Assembly (NCBI GenBank): GCA_030141605.1 | Contig: JAQGDQ010000045.1 | Coordinates: forward strand, 62,001-126,000 | Direction of reading: 5' to 3' | Source: Tubiluchus corallicola | Taxonomy: Eukaryota; Animalia; Priapulida | DNA length: 64,000 bases | In this document: positions 1 to 14,809 of the stretch, piece after piece | How the letters are laid out: each line of letters opens with the position of its first letter | How positions within the stretch are numbered: position 1 is the stretch's first letter | Notes under the pieces: model-generated | Told to the model about the DNA's origin: nothing | Databases searched by the model: none | The model's input: the letters and a program-made list of their open reading frames with translations, nothing else | Translations under genes and position numbers: made by a program

Positions 1-3000
1 GGCCTTTTTGAAATATGCTTTAGCCTATAAGCTAAAAATTGCCTTTCATTTATTGATAAGAATATTTCAAGAATAAATGAAATGCAATTTTTGCTGCTTG
101 TTTTAACACAATTGTTTGTCATATACTGATACTTGCTTAACTTATTAAAAAATTATTCTAGTTAGATCAAGCAGCTAAAAACTATTAAACACAGGCATTC
201 CACCCTACTCTCCACCCAAAAGGAGACATCAGGTCAACAAACCTGAATCCAAATATTAGTGAAGATCACGGTATTACTTGGGCGGCCCATATCTTAGCGG
301 GAATATGTTTTTAATGAAAACGGCATAATAATTGCTTGCAGTATTAGTCTGTCTGACAGCAGTCACTGTGACTGTCTGGCAGCAGTGAATGTGTGAAGAT
401 ACTGAAGATAGCAAGCAAGGTGGCTAAAATTATGCAGGCTGCTCTACTATTAATCTATAAAGGAGCTAAGTTGTAATAGCTGCGGTTGCAGCAGTAAGAA
501 GACAGGAAATTGAAGGAATGAAGGCTCACTGTACTACAAATAGAATACAGAAAACCAGTTTTTAAGAAAATATTTTAACTAAAAAGACGATATCGGCTCA
601 TATACAAGAGGCCAAATGGATAGACAGCAGAAGCAGAGTGCAGTCGATGTGACTGTGTGATTTGGTAGACAAAACTCAACCCAACTCTACTCGCGATGTA
701 TTTCTTAGACCCGCAACTCATGTAAACAGTCACACAGCCAAGGAGACCACTACGATAGTGGTTTTTGCGCGATTGTCTTCTTTTTGTGGTCTCTTTCCAG
801 GACTAGGATATACACATCCTGTCCTGTATCTTTTCGCTAGCACAGTACAGCCCTGACCAAGCACTTTTCATTGCAATCGGAGTCCCTGACAACGTGTTTT
901 TCATGACACAGAGGCAAAATAAGTTCACATAGCTACATGAAGTGTAAACAGGGGTATAAATAGAACATCATTGAAAGTATGAAGGAATTAGGGGACCCAT
1001 TATGTGTCCTGTATCTTCTCCATAGTGTAAACAGAACTTTGGTCAATAATTTTTGCCTCGACTATATTAGGAGAATCAAGCGTATTTCAATTACAAACAG
1101 CTCATGCAACGCAAAAATGAAAAACTTGTGTAAATTTAAAAAGAACCAGTACAAACCAACCGGTACATTCCGAACTGTCTAATAAAGAAAATCAGTCACG
1201 ACTTTTACATACGAAGCAAGTGCAAACAACCTCTCCAGAGCCGTGAATCAAAGTTAGCCACTTCGGCTGATTAGCAAGGAAATGAAGCCCCACACGCGCA
1301 CACACACCTATAGCAGAATGAACGTATAGCCAGCCGGCCGCGCAAGGTCAAGCAACTTGTGTGGGGAAGCTATTTGTTAATCAATAGCGGTAGAGTGAAT
1401 AGGCGTTTGTGTCAGTCTGAAGCTCTCACACGAGATTATTGATCAGTCGGTAAATGCCATGCGAGTACACTGCCCCACGACGCTGCCGCTGCTACTGCTT
1501 CAGCATGAATATATTAGCAGTTAGCACTTACTACACCGTCAATACTATTTCGTAAAATTTAATGCCGCTCGTATTGACCCACAACCGCCGAGAGATGAAT
1601 CATGTATACAGACATGGCGTGCGAGTAGCGGGAAAAGTTGTGCGCAATCACAGACCACAATAGCTTCACTCGGCAAACAAATTTACGCAAATTTCAATTT
1701 GAAATCTCGGTAAAACAAATGTCAGTTCTAACAGCTACAGACAATATGCGCTACAGATGACAATAGGCACGTTCCTGGACATTTTCAAGCAGTGCACGCT
1801 GCAACGAATCTAGAACCAAAATTAAAAATCTTAAAAGAACAAATTAAAAGAACGACGGAATGAACCTAAAAATTACACTATTGCTGAAGTTTGAAACCAA
1901 ATAAATATATTAATCAAATCAACGTTGGTGGATTTACTCCATCATTAATAATGATCTTGAAATTAAGATTATTAATAATAATTAAGAAATTGAAAAGAAG
2001 TGTACTACATTTCACAAGAAGTGTCTATTTACCACACAATGAAAATAAATGGCCAAACAGACAGGAACACCACCTACATGACAGAATTTTTACAGCACAG
2101 CATTTCCGGTAATCCTGGCTCACAATAACTGACCCATTTTTCCTCGTGAGACGTATAACTTTTCAATTTGACTGTGGTAAAAATAACATATTGATTTCTG
2201 ATAACATCTTACTAAATTATTTTTATAGATTCTCAGAAATATAGTTTGCTTATGTTGGTGATGCAATAACATACGGTATACATTCACCACACGAGTGCGC
2301 TCTATATATATACTGAATGTGCCTGCAAATTGCAGAATGATGTTACTTCCTGTACGAGTCATCAGTCTTGAACTAAAGTTACTAAACTCAAATTAAAAGT
2401 CAGCATTAGCAAATATTAATCACTGAGGAACAACTTTATTTATAATTTTGCTACTTCACAGCAATGCATTCAAGCAGTAGCTTACTCAGGTCATAGATGT
2501 ACGTGCACTCTCACGATTCGTCGTTGAGAAACACCAACAGTAGCTTATAGTTATTTGTTGCATTCAATCAGTTAAGCATATTAAGTCTAATATAGTCTTA
2601 TTTTAACACACGGTCATAACTAATAATCGGGCAAATGCGAAAGATCGAATTACCTACATGAAGTTCATTCTCTGGTTCATAATCCCATATACTATAGCTA
2701 TGCCAAGGATACAACTTCAAAATTATCAAACGGCACAACTCTGTTAAATCAAAAAGTAACAATGAAAGACAAGTATAACATCTACAGTATTACTGTGTCA
2801 CTCTATAAGCATAATACACCACTATGATGTATGCAGCTAGACTATACAGCAAAAAAATTACAGGACTTCCAAATCACTCTGAAAAAACAAAGGCGGATTG
2901 TGATCTTTAATATAACAAATCAAAATCCAAAATGAAAGTCAGACCAGCTCCTATTAATTAATATAGCATGCCATTCACCATCACAGAACTACTGAATCAT

Positions 3001-3971
3001 TAATGCTAACCGCCCGCTAATGTGCAATAATGAGCGCGCTTTCCATGTAGTGTTCTAAACTTCTTATATCAGTTGTATGTACAGTAAACGGTTTGAGTCA
3101 CATATTAGCATATAGCTGCTCACAGTCTCACACCACAAACATACCTGTTCACCTAGTGCCTGCTATCAATAACAAGTACTACTGATTTACTGGGGTAAAT
3201 TTGATAAGACGTAAACGTTTCAGACAGGTCGATATTTTGTCAATGTTGATCGCAGCTACTGTAGATTCCCGACACACAAACTAACAAAAACACAGCCGGT
3301 CATGGGCAGTTAACAATCTATCGAAATTTAAAAACCATTGAGGAACAAAAGTGTAGAACGAGCGTAGTGTACGCACATACAGCAAAAATGTCACTTGTAT
3401 GATCATACCTACAGTTGAATACACGTAGCCAGGAATGTGCGTGGGTGTGGGCGGAATTAACACAGTCTGAGCAGAAGGGCGGAGTTTTTAGGTTGCCTAA
3501 TACAGTAGCTACTACTGTAGAAAGCAAGTATCTTTCTACTGCAGAAAGCAAGCATTTTCCCGTTTCAAAACTACTCACTGCAGCACTGCTAGCTATCCAT
3601 TAGCATCCCAGACTGGGATCTACATTAAAATTTCATCATTGAAAACACGCTACAGACGTCGCACAAATAATTACGGCGTGTACAGCACGCAAATTTCCAT
3701 TATCGACGAACGATTAGTTATCGCTTGTCTGTTCAGATTTCGCGAAAATTGAACATAAACACTCAAAAAGATATGAGTTCAAGGGTGAATCCATCAGAAA
3801 CAAAAATCTTCTGTGGTTTACAACACGCCGCGCTTTGCAAATACATAAGTGCAGAAAATTTACAAGACGATAAGTTAATCTACACAAGGGGGGGGGGCTA
3901 TAGGTCAGAATGATATTCAGAATTAAAATAATTATAATGCACAATCAAATAATTGTGTAATACGTACTAAC

Positions 3972-4240
3972 CTGAAACAGTCTCACATTTAAAAGCCGTG
4001 CCGACGACTGCGACATTCTAATCCAATGTGAAAACAATCTCAGTCTCGTGCACGATTACGAAAATAACGCGTGTTAATGTAACCAAAACCGTGAACTTCG
4101 CGACACATTTAAAACCGTTCAGCGCAATTGAAAAATCCACATAAAAACCTAATGCTCGCAGAATAGATATAAAAACGCACAACCCTGGTTAAGGTGCAGC
4201 TCGATACAGCCGATGCTCGCAGTTCGATGCACTCACTGGG
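3972..4240 (-). promoter_or_regulatory. Candidate non-coding first exon / promoter of a minus-strand gene
   Basis: CpG-rich segment ending in donor CAG|GTTAGT (3970-3971); Inr-like CCAGTG at ~4238; no good acceptor. Confidence 0.45.
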
Positions 4241-7200
4241 TTGTGATACCTTTGCCTTCCTCTTACACTATACTACGTGCGTGAATGAGAAGTATTATTA
4301 TTGAACCGAATGCTGGCTGCCAGGCATGCATAAGCAATAAAACATCCAATTACTATACAGTCAAGGAAACGTCTCGCGGAACTACGCATCAGTTGTCTAA
4401 GAGGGTACTAAGGTATGTACAGTTTCTAGTGCTGTCAACTTCTAGTATACTGCTGTGACTATTGAAGAAGTGCATGAACACTTTGAGGGCACACAACTTT
4501 CTATAGTTTAATAACATTCTTAATAAATGTCGATAAAAGAACTAATTTGCTAATACTTTATCAGACCGTTCCAATGTTCCAGTCATCAGTCATAATCCAT
4601 TGACAAGAATGAGGAAGCTTATAAGATGGTACACTTTTTAGTAACCGTGGATTTTACTATAAAAATAAATTTAACTATGAATCGTGAGGCATTTTCTAAG
4701 CATGGCTGTAACAGCTAAATATGCCACACCCACACAGTCATACCTAAACTAGAAGCAAACTTTAAACAAAAACTAAGTCAGCTTTTGTAAAGCAGGTTTA
4801 CATGCTTTGTCTTTGAATGGGCGACTATACTTGTTTTAAAACTTTATTACAGTATTCAGTATCGACAAGAGAAAATAAATACGTCTGCTGCCGCAATTTG
4901 AAACTGTTTGTACTAAAGTGAGACCATCAACACGGCCTGGATTCTTTTAGTGCATTTCGCGCCTTTAAAGATTTAGGTACAACTGCACCCAATTAAATTA
5001 GGCCTATACGCTGTGTAAATTCAGTTTCCTTTGTACCATGAAAAATTCTCAATCTAGACTATCTGGTCAGCCACCAACTACAAAAAATGCTTGACAAGTA
5101 CGTCCACGTGTTGCCACTGCTGGCCAAACCAATCAAGCGTTTACAAACGTACTCTTGCTGTGTATTTAGTTCTGTTTTCCTGTCTTGGGTTTGCACTACA
5201 AACAAGCTGTCGATGGTCCTGGAATCGAGGCTTCAAATGCCTTCCGAATTGAGGATCCTCAGACCATATCCCCCGTGTAATCCCGCAAAAAGGCCAGTGT
5301 TGATCTGTTTTTTCTGGCTGGAACATGTTTGCTACATACATCCGAATGTGAAATGCTAATTTGTTTGAACTAATTTTTCAGACTACTTCGCAATAGTGTT
5401 CTCGCATGATCGTCTTTCGCCTGTTTATGCTACGTCAATGTCAAATCTGTTTTATTAGTCAACATTCCGAAAAAATTCTCATTTTGAATGTGTCAATGTC
5501 GGTGCGGCTCTGTGGCATAGTACAAAGGATCAACATCTACAAGTTTAGTTCTAGATCATTGTTCCATTCCAAATGCTCACTCCCACTCACCTAAAATTCT
5601 TTGGTTACAATAGTTTACGGGGTCATAAACTGATCAAACGTTTAAAATTTCCTTACTTGCTGGTAGGAAGGCGCAGGCTTGATTTACAACTAGCAAACCA
5701 AACGAACGGCGAGCAGGCGGTGTGAATGCAGTTTGCCCAGTACTTTTTCGGCGCTGTCGCGGCATGGTGTCGTTATTCTTAGACATTTCAAGCAGTTCAC
5801 AAAGCTCTCTGACAGAAACTGAATATTTGAACTTAATGTGCATCTCCAAGTGGCAAAGATTAAATGCCAAGTGCAGCTGACACCCCTCAGACAGGCCGAG
5901 CAATAAAATCGACAAATTCTTAACCTGGAGAGTTTTTCACTGTTTCTATTTTGAACTCTGTTTACACTTGTTTATGCTGGCTGAGCAGCGAGTCCAAAAG
6001 AGGGCGCATCGGCTCCAGGCATGACTGTTTCGGCTCCATGGTTGCACAACTAGCAGTTTTTACTAAGTTTGTGTACAATACTTTGCCATGGCGTTGGCGT
6101 TGACTACCAGTTAACTTAGCGCCATAACAAGTTCTGCGCCTAGAACCAAAAACCACTGTCTGTGCCCCGTCGAACTCGGCCCTGGGCGGCTGCTATCTGC
6201 TGCGGGAAACGGTTTGCTGTTATTCGCCGCTTTTATCCAAAGAAAATTTTTCAGCGCAGCTTCAATAACTAGTAGAATGTAAATGAGAGCTTCAACAGAC
6301 CACGCAAAGGGCCAAGTGTCAAAAGGTTGAAGTAAATATCGAAAGCATACTCAAGTAAATGTTTTTGTAACAAACGCAGTTTCTGTCTAGGCATCACTGG
6401 TTTTTGAAAGTATGGAATTATATAAGGGTGGGCATATATCTGGCAAAATAAATTAGTTATTACATGTAGCTACCGCTTTTATTATAAAATTTAAAACGTT
6501 TACAATTTACTTAATTGCGCTTATTTCAACAAGTGCCCTGCTAATGGTTTGGCAATCCACTACAAAACATTTTATCAAAAGTCCACACGAACTTGACTAA
6601 CACGAACTACACCAAGAACTAGTCGGAAACGCCACAGTAACGCGCAGACCGTCCATTTATTCATTCGCAACTGTACTTTCGAAAAACGTAATTTCTTATG
6701 CACGTGGCCAAATTGACAGCTGTGAAAATCATTTAAATATAATGTGACGTTCTCTATTCAGGTTGTCCACACTTGCTATCCATATTATCATATATTAACT
6801 TCCAGCAAGTGACAAAATCTCTACACAGCCTTGTCATTTGACAGCTTTGCAGAATACATGAAATAATAAGTGATTTGTCAGGATCATTATTATAAAGCTC
6901 ATCCCCTAAAATAGATTACATATAGGATTTACATGCTAATCAGTCGTACATGGGATTATTGTTCACAGTGTGCCTCACACATAAAAGTATCATCTTCAAA
7001 AATGACAATGGCAGTAACATTGCTAGACTATATGGAGAAAAAGGATTTAAGAACAGCCTTTCGTAATATTTGGGTAATGTCATGGCATAACCTGAAAACA
7101 CTTTTAACAGACGGGCACTACTATTTATTTTACTACTGATGATAGCGTTGCATACAGCCACACGTCTGCATAATATTGAATAAAAAACTAGTAGCTTTTT

Positions 7201-7376
7201 ACTGATATTAAATCAACTATACGGTGGTCAATTGTATAATATTTGCTAAACTAGTTACGAGTACACCGCTATTAAATGTAAAAAGTGCGAACCTGTTACT
7301 AAACTACTACCACAATACCGCATTATAAATGAATTAGCATTTACATTTAATCATCTACATATATGGCCTAGTTTAA

Positions 7377-8756
7377 ACGGGAAGAAAAGGAAATTTTAAA
7401 GTGTATTCCAAAGAGAAGCTTTTGATACGAAGTCAGAATGCCCCTTCAGTCTAAAAAAATTCTTCATTTTTCTTCAGACACTTTCGTCTCTCAGGGACGT
7501 CATTCAACAACTGTACCAAGAGGTACAATACTAAAATTACAAGTAAGACTACTTACAAAATGAAGGTATACAATCATTGAAATAAAAGATACAAAAATCA
7601 TAAATAGCTGCACTAAAAAGCTGAAATAGAAAAAAAGTTACTATACCTAAAAAACAAAATTAAAATTTAACTGACAAACATACCTGAAATCAATTTGATG
7701 TATCTAGATCTTGAAAGGTAACTAAAACTGTATCTATTGACTTTATAAACATTTAGTCCAAGTAATTACTTGTGTTGAACTATTAAAAAGAAAAGATTAG
7801 AGATAACTGTTTGCCGTGTGTTAAAAGACAGGTCACTTTACTGAACACAATGTCGATACAAATGTCTGAGGTGCATTAGCAAAACCTAAACGAATGCTGA
7901 ACAATACTGATATGGAATATAATTGTAAATCCTTCTAAGTTGTTATAAAATTTTATAAGATGTGAAAATGTAAAAATCGCAAAACAAACAGTGGAAAAAT
8001 TAAAAATATATAAAAATATCCATGCACAGTCTATTCACTATTCGTCAAAATCGCATAACAAATTACACTAAATAACTTAAAACAATACCAGCCTCCTGTA
8101 AACCCTGTGTCAGTGAAACTGGCTGTCTGCTTGCTACGACAGTAGCAAATGATATCGTCAGACGACTGAATTCCCAAATGTGATTTCATTCACAGCGATT
8201 AACATAAACATATCAGTCAGAATCTTCAATGGGTACTAACAGTATCACATATATTATTTAACAAGCCATCACACAAAATAACACGTGTCTGAACAAAGTG
8301 ATCGAGCATCTGTTTTCTCAACACACCCACAGTATAGCACCTGTTTCTCCACATATCCACTACATATTATATAGGGCAGTTACACACACGAAAACGTACG
8401 CGACAATTACGCGACTAGACAGACGTAATTTTCACGGAAAATCAAGCATGAACGCGATGAAAATGTACTGACATTTGCGCAGACTGTCGCAAGATGATAA
8501 TACATGACTACACACTGATATTTCTAAAGATTATGATCCTCTGACTGCTCTCTTAAGGAACTACTGTAATCATTGTGAGTCAGTCAGTCCACCAGTAAAC
8601 AATAGCTTTACGGTCTCTATTTTTTTAAGATAATTTACTAACACAAACGGAATTCACATAAGCGGTTCAAACAGGCAAAGGTAATGCTATGTAATACAAC
8701 TTCGAATGGAAAGGAAGTCATTTTGGATATACTTTAAAATTCTCTGTTCTTCCCTT
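7377..8756. mobile_element. Non-autonomous TTAA-flanked DNA element (Kolobok-like) with ~60-bp degenerate TIRs
   Basis: ttaa|ACGGGAAGAAAAGGAAATTTTAAAGTGTATTCCAAA...ACGAAGT at 7373 is the inverted match of ACTTCGAA...TTTTGGATATACTTTAAAATTCTCTGTTCTTCCCTT|ttaa ending at 8760. Confidence 0.6.
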
Positions 8757-9937
8757 TTAAGCAACACTGAGAGAAATCAGTCAATGGACAGGCAAAGCTG
8801 AGTTACATATATTCGCTGTGGGCGGTTTCATTCGCCATACTGATTCTGACTGTTTACCTGTTGTGGAGGAAAGATGTATTCACATATGAGTATTGCTAGA
8901 CACTTTTGCTGGATCAGTGTCTCATTTTAAAAGATTATCCTTACTAATAAGCTGAATTCGGATCTTGTACCAACCATCCATAATTAAGTAAGCTCTGTTA
9001 CTGATTGGTGGATTCCAACTTGAAAGTGCCGAACTTTTATACATGTATAACAAATAAAACTATATGACAAGGACTGTATTATGTGGATTTCAAAAGAGTC
9101 ACTGCGTCTCTAAGAAAGTAAATAAATATGCAGTTTAATTGCTAATTCTCATATCAACAGCTTTAGAAGACACGAACAGTTATCTTACCAGGCGCTTGGA
9201 ATTGTTATCAGCGATTTTATGATTTGTTGCTTTTTTGAGAAAACATCGTTATAAATGCAGATAGCGAAAGTGGTTCACTTTATGTCGTTTTCCAAATATG
9301 GACAAAATAAACGTCAGCTTATTTCCAACCACATAATACGAATAGACTAACGTCTGACGACTGCAAAATCTAGTTTATTTTTACAGAAAGAAGCTGGCAA
9401 TATGTAACGTGAGGAGGGGTACTTATTTTAACTGATAACCATGCCATGAAATGGGAAGTTTGGTTCATGAATGAGTACAAGCTACGTCACAGACGTGTGC
9501 ATAACACCATCATCTGAAAAATCTCAAAAATGTTTACATAAGTTTTTGAATTAGCCAACTAATTCTTGTTTATAGTTCATCAGTAAAACTGGAGGAGGGA
9601 AGTACTTGTGAAAAAATCTGTAAGTTATATGACATACTAAAACTGTTAAACGTTTATGCCATTAAAACTGTCTTAAACGTTCAGGCCATAAAAAATGTTT
9701 TAGCCGTGTGAGACAAACTGTGCTGTCTGTTCTCGTTTTAAACTTCCTGAATCGCCACAGTAATGGCCGATCCACCAGAATTGGTACAAATTGTTAATAC
9801 ATATTTTTCACGTTTTCTTTAAAGTGGGAGAAAAGTCAAGAAAAAAGAAGTCAGGTTTGTGAAGCGACCTTATTGTTTTACCAGACCGACGAATGACTTG
9901 AAACGCTACCTGCCCCACGTCTCTAGTAAATGGGCGT

Positions 9938-10050
9938 TTGTTGATGATGATCATGATGATAACGATGTTGACGATGACGACGAGGACGACTACAACAACG
10001 GCAAAGACGACGATGATAATGATAATAACAATGATGACGATGAAGATCAT
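9938..10050 (+). repeat. Degenerate trinucleotide microsatellite (GAT/GAC/AAC/AAT)n
   Basis: gatgatgatcatgatgataacgatgttgacgatgacgacgaggacgac...; explains the three overlapping low-complexity ORFs. Confidence 0.9.
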
Positions 10051-10439
10051 TAGTGTTCTCCGATCAATGATCGAGCGGTCTATAATAAATTATTGCAAGC
10101 GATGGTGTTTAGATAATTCAGTCTTAGGTTCATAACCGACAGATGTAGTTCATAACTGAAAACTACAAGGGCTGTAAAACGGCTGAGTGAGACAAAACAC
10201 GGTCTGGAGAGTTATTTATAAATATGCACCGCCTTTAAGCGCAAGGAGAATAAGTTCACGGTGATAATAGTAATAAAAATGGAAAATTCTGCAATGATTT
10301 GCAGAATCTTAAATAATAAAGCCCCTGCATGATATACCAAATTATCTATATACTAGATCTATGCATAAGGCAAATAATAAAAATAAAATTCATTTAAAAG
10401 TAAAAAAATTAACCGAGTCCAAGATTTACATTAAAATTA

Positions 10440-10615
10440 AAAATTTGAAAAACTGATCGACCTCCGCAGCACAGGTTAATGGATCCTTTCTTAACCTACG
10501 TCTCATCCCGTTCGGTGAAATTCTTACGTGAGTTTTTACGTAACCGGGTAAATTAGCAAACAAACAAACAAACAAAAACAGCGACGAAATCGTAACCTCC
10601 TCGGTGAAAGTAATA
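10440..10615 (+). repeat. Helentron/HINE-like 3' end fragment
   Basis: (CAAA)n microsatellite followed by GAAATCGTAACCTCCTCGGTGAAAGTAAT, a decayed version of the AACCTCCTTGGCGGAGGTAA hairpin terminus. Confidence 0.5.
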
Positions 10616-13046
10616 AAACGTATTTAGTATTCAACAACATAATTGCATTAATTTTGAAAGCAAGTTATTTCAAAGCTTCAGAATGCGATTTGAATCAATA
10701 CACCCAAAACTACCACTCTTCACTACTCCTTGTTAGAGTAATAAGGAGAATAAGGGTAAGATTTGTTGTTCGATAGCCAATGTCTTATTTAAAAAATAAA
10801 CGGGACAGCTTCGCATGCATGTTTAAAATAATTTATGAATATTTTGCAAATCATATTATGAGAATAATAATCTATGAAATTCGCGCATGATTTACTGGTT
10901 ATTAGCGATTTTTAAAATTTTGTGGCATACTGCACACTGAAATTAATCAAGAAATTAATATTGATCATTTCAACAATTTCAATAATTTGATTAAACAAAG
11001 CTACACCAAGCAGTCTATATTAAAAGCACCTGTTGAAGTAAATTTTGAGATAAATTTGTTACAAAAACCAAAAGAAGTTTGTAGCACAGTTCACATCTTG
11101 GAATGGTAAATTAAATTTATTCATATAGTTTATGCAAAAAAATTGTGTCCAATAAAAAATTCGAAAACTCAACTTATCTATCAGACAAGAAATTTTATAT
11201 AAATTTAAAATTACAACACAGTTAGTTCTCATAATTTGACATTTGCCGCGTTTTACGATGCCGTTGCTAACGCAACTACAAATGATATAAACTAAATTAG
11301 CAATTCAGCACTTTGCAAAAGAAAAAATTCAAAATTCATAAATGTGCCTGCTAAACTTACATCCTTAATTTTTATCTTAGAAGTAATATTTCAATTCGTT
11401 CATGATTTATCTTAGCCACATCTTACTATTTCGTACTTAAAATAATTTAGGCTGCAACGGTTTCGTAACATGACTTACACATATTCCACAAAATATTAAA
11501 ATAATACTGCGCGGGAAATATGTATATCATATATCATATAGGTATATCATAACACCTCAAATTAGCCGCCGGATTATGCAAATCTAGGAACATATAGTGC
11601 ATAACCTCATGTAGCAGTGTCGTAACAGTGTCGTGCCGTCAACTTAAATATTTTGGTATTTTACTGTAGCAAAGCACAGCACACTAGTTATTAACTCAAA
11701 TTGTACTCTGAGACAAATTCCGTAAAGTTTTCCAAGCAATTTTTGCAAATTATAAATTACATAACCTAAGTGGTCCTAGGACATATCTGCGTCTGGGTTT
11801 CTACGGTATATGTAATGATCTCCTAGTTACATGAAACCGTAAAGATAGTTAATTACTTAATAAGTACATATATGTGTGTTAAAACACACGTTGGCAACTA
11901 CATTTGGCATGAGTTAATAACTATACTTTCTCAGTCGAACTAACAGCCAGCTTAATAAACACGTTTATATGTTTTCTCGTTTATATGCATCTGCATTACT
12001 AACTCTGTGGATAGAAACAGAATTTTCGGAAAAAAGCGCCGTGAAAAGGCAAACTAGCAGATTTGGTGAAGGAAAAAACATGGATTTCGTGATGAATTTT
12101 CCTTCCCATTACGCTTATTAAATTTAATTAGACAAGCAAAGTAACAGCATAATTTTCACACATCACAGAAAGTTTAAGCAGAAAACACAACTTGCTTCTC
12201 GTTCTCCACGTTTTGTGCCCAAATAGAAAGTACATCACTACAAAGTACATTAATTAAGTCCAAAACATTTCAAATTACTAATTTCAAACTACTAATTTAA
12301 TTTTACTTTTCTTAGCTTTTGTAAAAACATAAGCAAATAAAATTAAACAAATTCTACAAATTTGAAGCCAATTTTCCTCATAAGTTTTCTCGCGATTTGA
12401 AGTGCGTAACGGCACTTTAAGTCTCGGGAAAGTTCTAATATTTACATTATTTATACGGTATGTAGGATCAAAACAGACATTTTCTATATACACTTAGTCA
12501 AGGCCCCACAAGATATGTTGTTATGCCAACACTTGCCATATTTAATTATTTATAGGGCGTTTTTACTTTTTTGATGACTGTTGTTGTGGGTATTAATGTT
12601 TTTGTCTTCATACCTTGTCTTAAACATCGTTTTGTGAGTTGTTTGAAATTAAATAATAATATCTTTTTACATCCACTACCAGACGCTAGCTGCTTGCGAG
12701 TGTCAAAAACATTTTTGTTACAAAATTTTTATCATGTAATTTTTTGTAGTGTATCTGTTCTCGGTATTAAGAATTTATTGACATTAAGCGTCATAAAGCT
12801 TACAGGGGGTGGTCGTATAATAATAGACCAGTCAGTAAAATAGGTTAGGATAGTAAGCCGAATAGTCGTGAGAAAACACATGACCTACTCTTAAAAGCGG
12901 TGTAAAATTTTTACGGACAATAATATTTTTTCAAGTTTGTTTTCACGAAGGCGTTATGCCACTTAAAATTAATTCCAATGAGGTGAAATATGAATAAAAT
13001 TAAGTACAACCTGAATATTATTTTTTTAAATACAACAAATTCTTAC

Positions 13047-13742
13047 CTCTAACAAAACAAATATAAGCTCGAGAAAGATTTGCTTGAAATCCTTCGTAGG
13101 CACTTTGGAATAAGTATTGTGTTAAGTTGATGAACCACTGCTGTAATATCTATAATCCAAGTTTGTCGTTTAAAAGTATGCCTATGGGCTCTTGAAGTAA
13201 TACAACATAAAACGGACACTTGTTCACGCATTTGTGTCTGATTTTAGTCGAATATTTTAACAAAGTAAACGCATCGATTCTCTCCATACAAGAAGTCATT
13301 TTTAACTTGAAATTAACTCGAATACCATATTTTCTAATTACGTTCACTAAATAATTTACAGTAACTGCTACGACACTGAAATCCTGGGAATAAAATGAAT
13401 GTATAGTAACGTCGTGGAGAACGTGCTTATCCAGCGGGTGGGGCACGCCCACCGATCTGTCAGTCAGCTGCTGCGAACCATTCAGAATGAGGCTCAGGAT
13501 GCGAAATGACGCATACGCCGACAGAATTATCATAATCAGTGGTTCAAACGTAATCGATACCTCCCGAGTTCAAGAAATCTAGGACTCGTGACTTGCTGAA
13601 ACTATACGCAGCGAAAGCAACACAAAATCACACTTCGCAATATTAAGCTGCCGAAAGTTCGCAAATTTTGGATGTCGAAAGCCCATAGTTGAGCTTTTTG
13701 ACCAAGTCGCCAAAATAGAGAGAGAGGGAAACAGAACTGGCA
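13047..13742 (-). promoter_or_regulatory. Candidate non-coding first exon / promoter of a minus-strand gene
   Basis: CpG-rich segment beginning at an Inr-like CCAGTT (~13740) followed by a CT tract and ending in a strong donor AG|GTAAGA (13045-13046); only short uORFs. Confidence 0.5.
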
Positions 13743-14809
13743 GCAGGCGGAAATTTTAGGCAAAAGCGAAACGAGAAAACAAGTACGTACATCTCACAAA
13801 TAAACAAAATGTGCAAGCCAGAATGAGAGGAGACGAATTTTAGCAGCACCACAAATGCAATGATTAACCTGGCTAGAAGACAGAGCATTTGTGTACATTT
13901 AGGAACTGAAAATGCCAACATTTCACCACAACAGAAGAATTAACCACATACATGCTTTAGTAGAATTGAAAGTTTTCAAAAAATTGTAATAATTAGAATG
14001 AATGCACTCAGTATTGGTGCAGAAGATGAAGTCACTATGTACAAAAATTTATGAAGACATTTTTTGATCTCGACCTTCGATGTTTTAATTCGAAAAGCAA
14101 AGCGTTTTCAGCTCTTGGCCAAACCTATCCTTGTTACAAGTTTGGTACTTTAGTATTTCGGACAGATACACACTCAAACTGAAACAACTAAAGGCTTAAC
14201 CAGCGTTCGACTACCAAATTGTTGCAATAACAACGAGGCATTTGAAGCACAAATGTAGTCTCTCACCTAAAGCCGAAAAATGATTTTAATTAAAATCAGT
14301 AAGCAAAATAACCAAAAGCATACCTCACACCATTCAAAATAATACTGCTAATACTTCTTGTATAATAAGTGTTCCTTTTGATGATTAGCTATAGCGTACA
14401 TTTGATATGGTGTGATGTACAATGTTTTTGCGAAGCGCGCAGGTGTCTTCTTACTTTAATTTCGTCGTATACATGTTTATCCGCACGCATGCCTCCCTGT
14501 ATGGATGAAATTTGATGAAGCTTTGACAAAAGTAAAATCATCGACCAAAAATAAAAAAAATTAATTGTTCTCGTAATACTATTGATGCTATATCTCGATT
14601 TGCCAATGAAACTGCATAAAAAATTTAATAAATTTTTTATGCAGTTTCATTGGCAAATCGAGCACTCATCTGCAAGGCCTCCTTCCTGTAAATATTCGAG
14701 GGATCCGCGTTTACCCTATATTCGGGAATGTATATACCCTTCTTCCCTCATTCAAGGAAATAGCACGAGTACTGGAATTTTGCTAACAAAAAGTTTTCCC
14801 GTTGGTTTG

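Noticed and set aside
9808-10135. Three overlapping ORFs (poly-D/N, poly-M/T, poly-I/V hydrophobic)
   Set aside because: All are by-products of a degenerate trinucleotide microsatellite; no splice or domain support.
13150-13533. 127-aa minus-strand ORF
   Set aside because: No domain-like composition; lies within a candidate 5'-UTR exon and stops before the donor.
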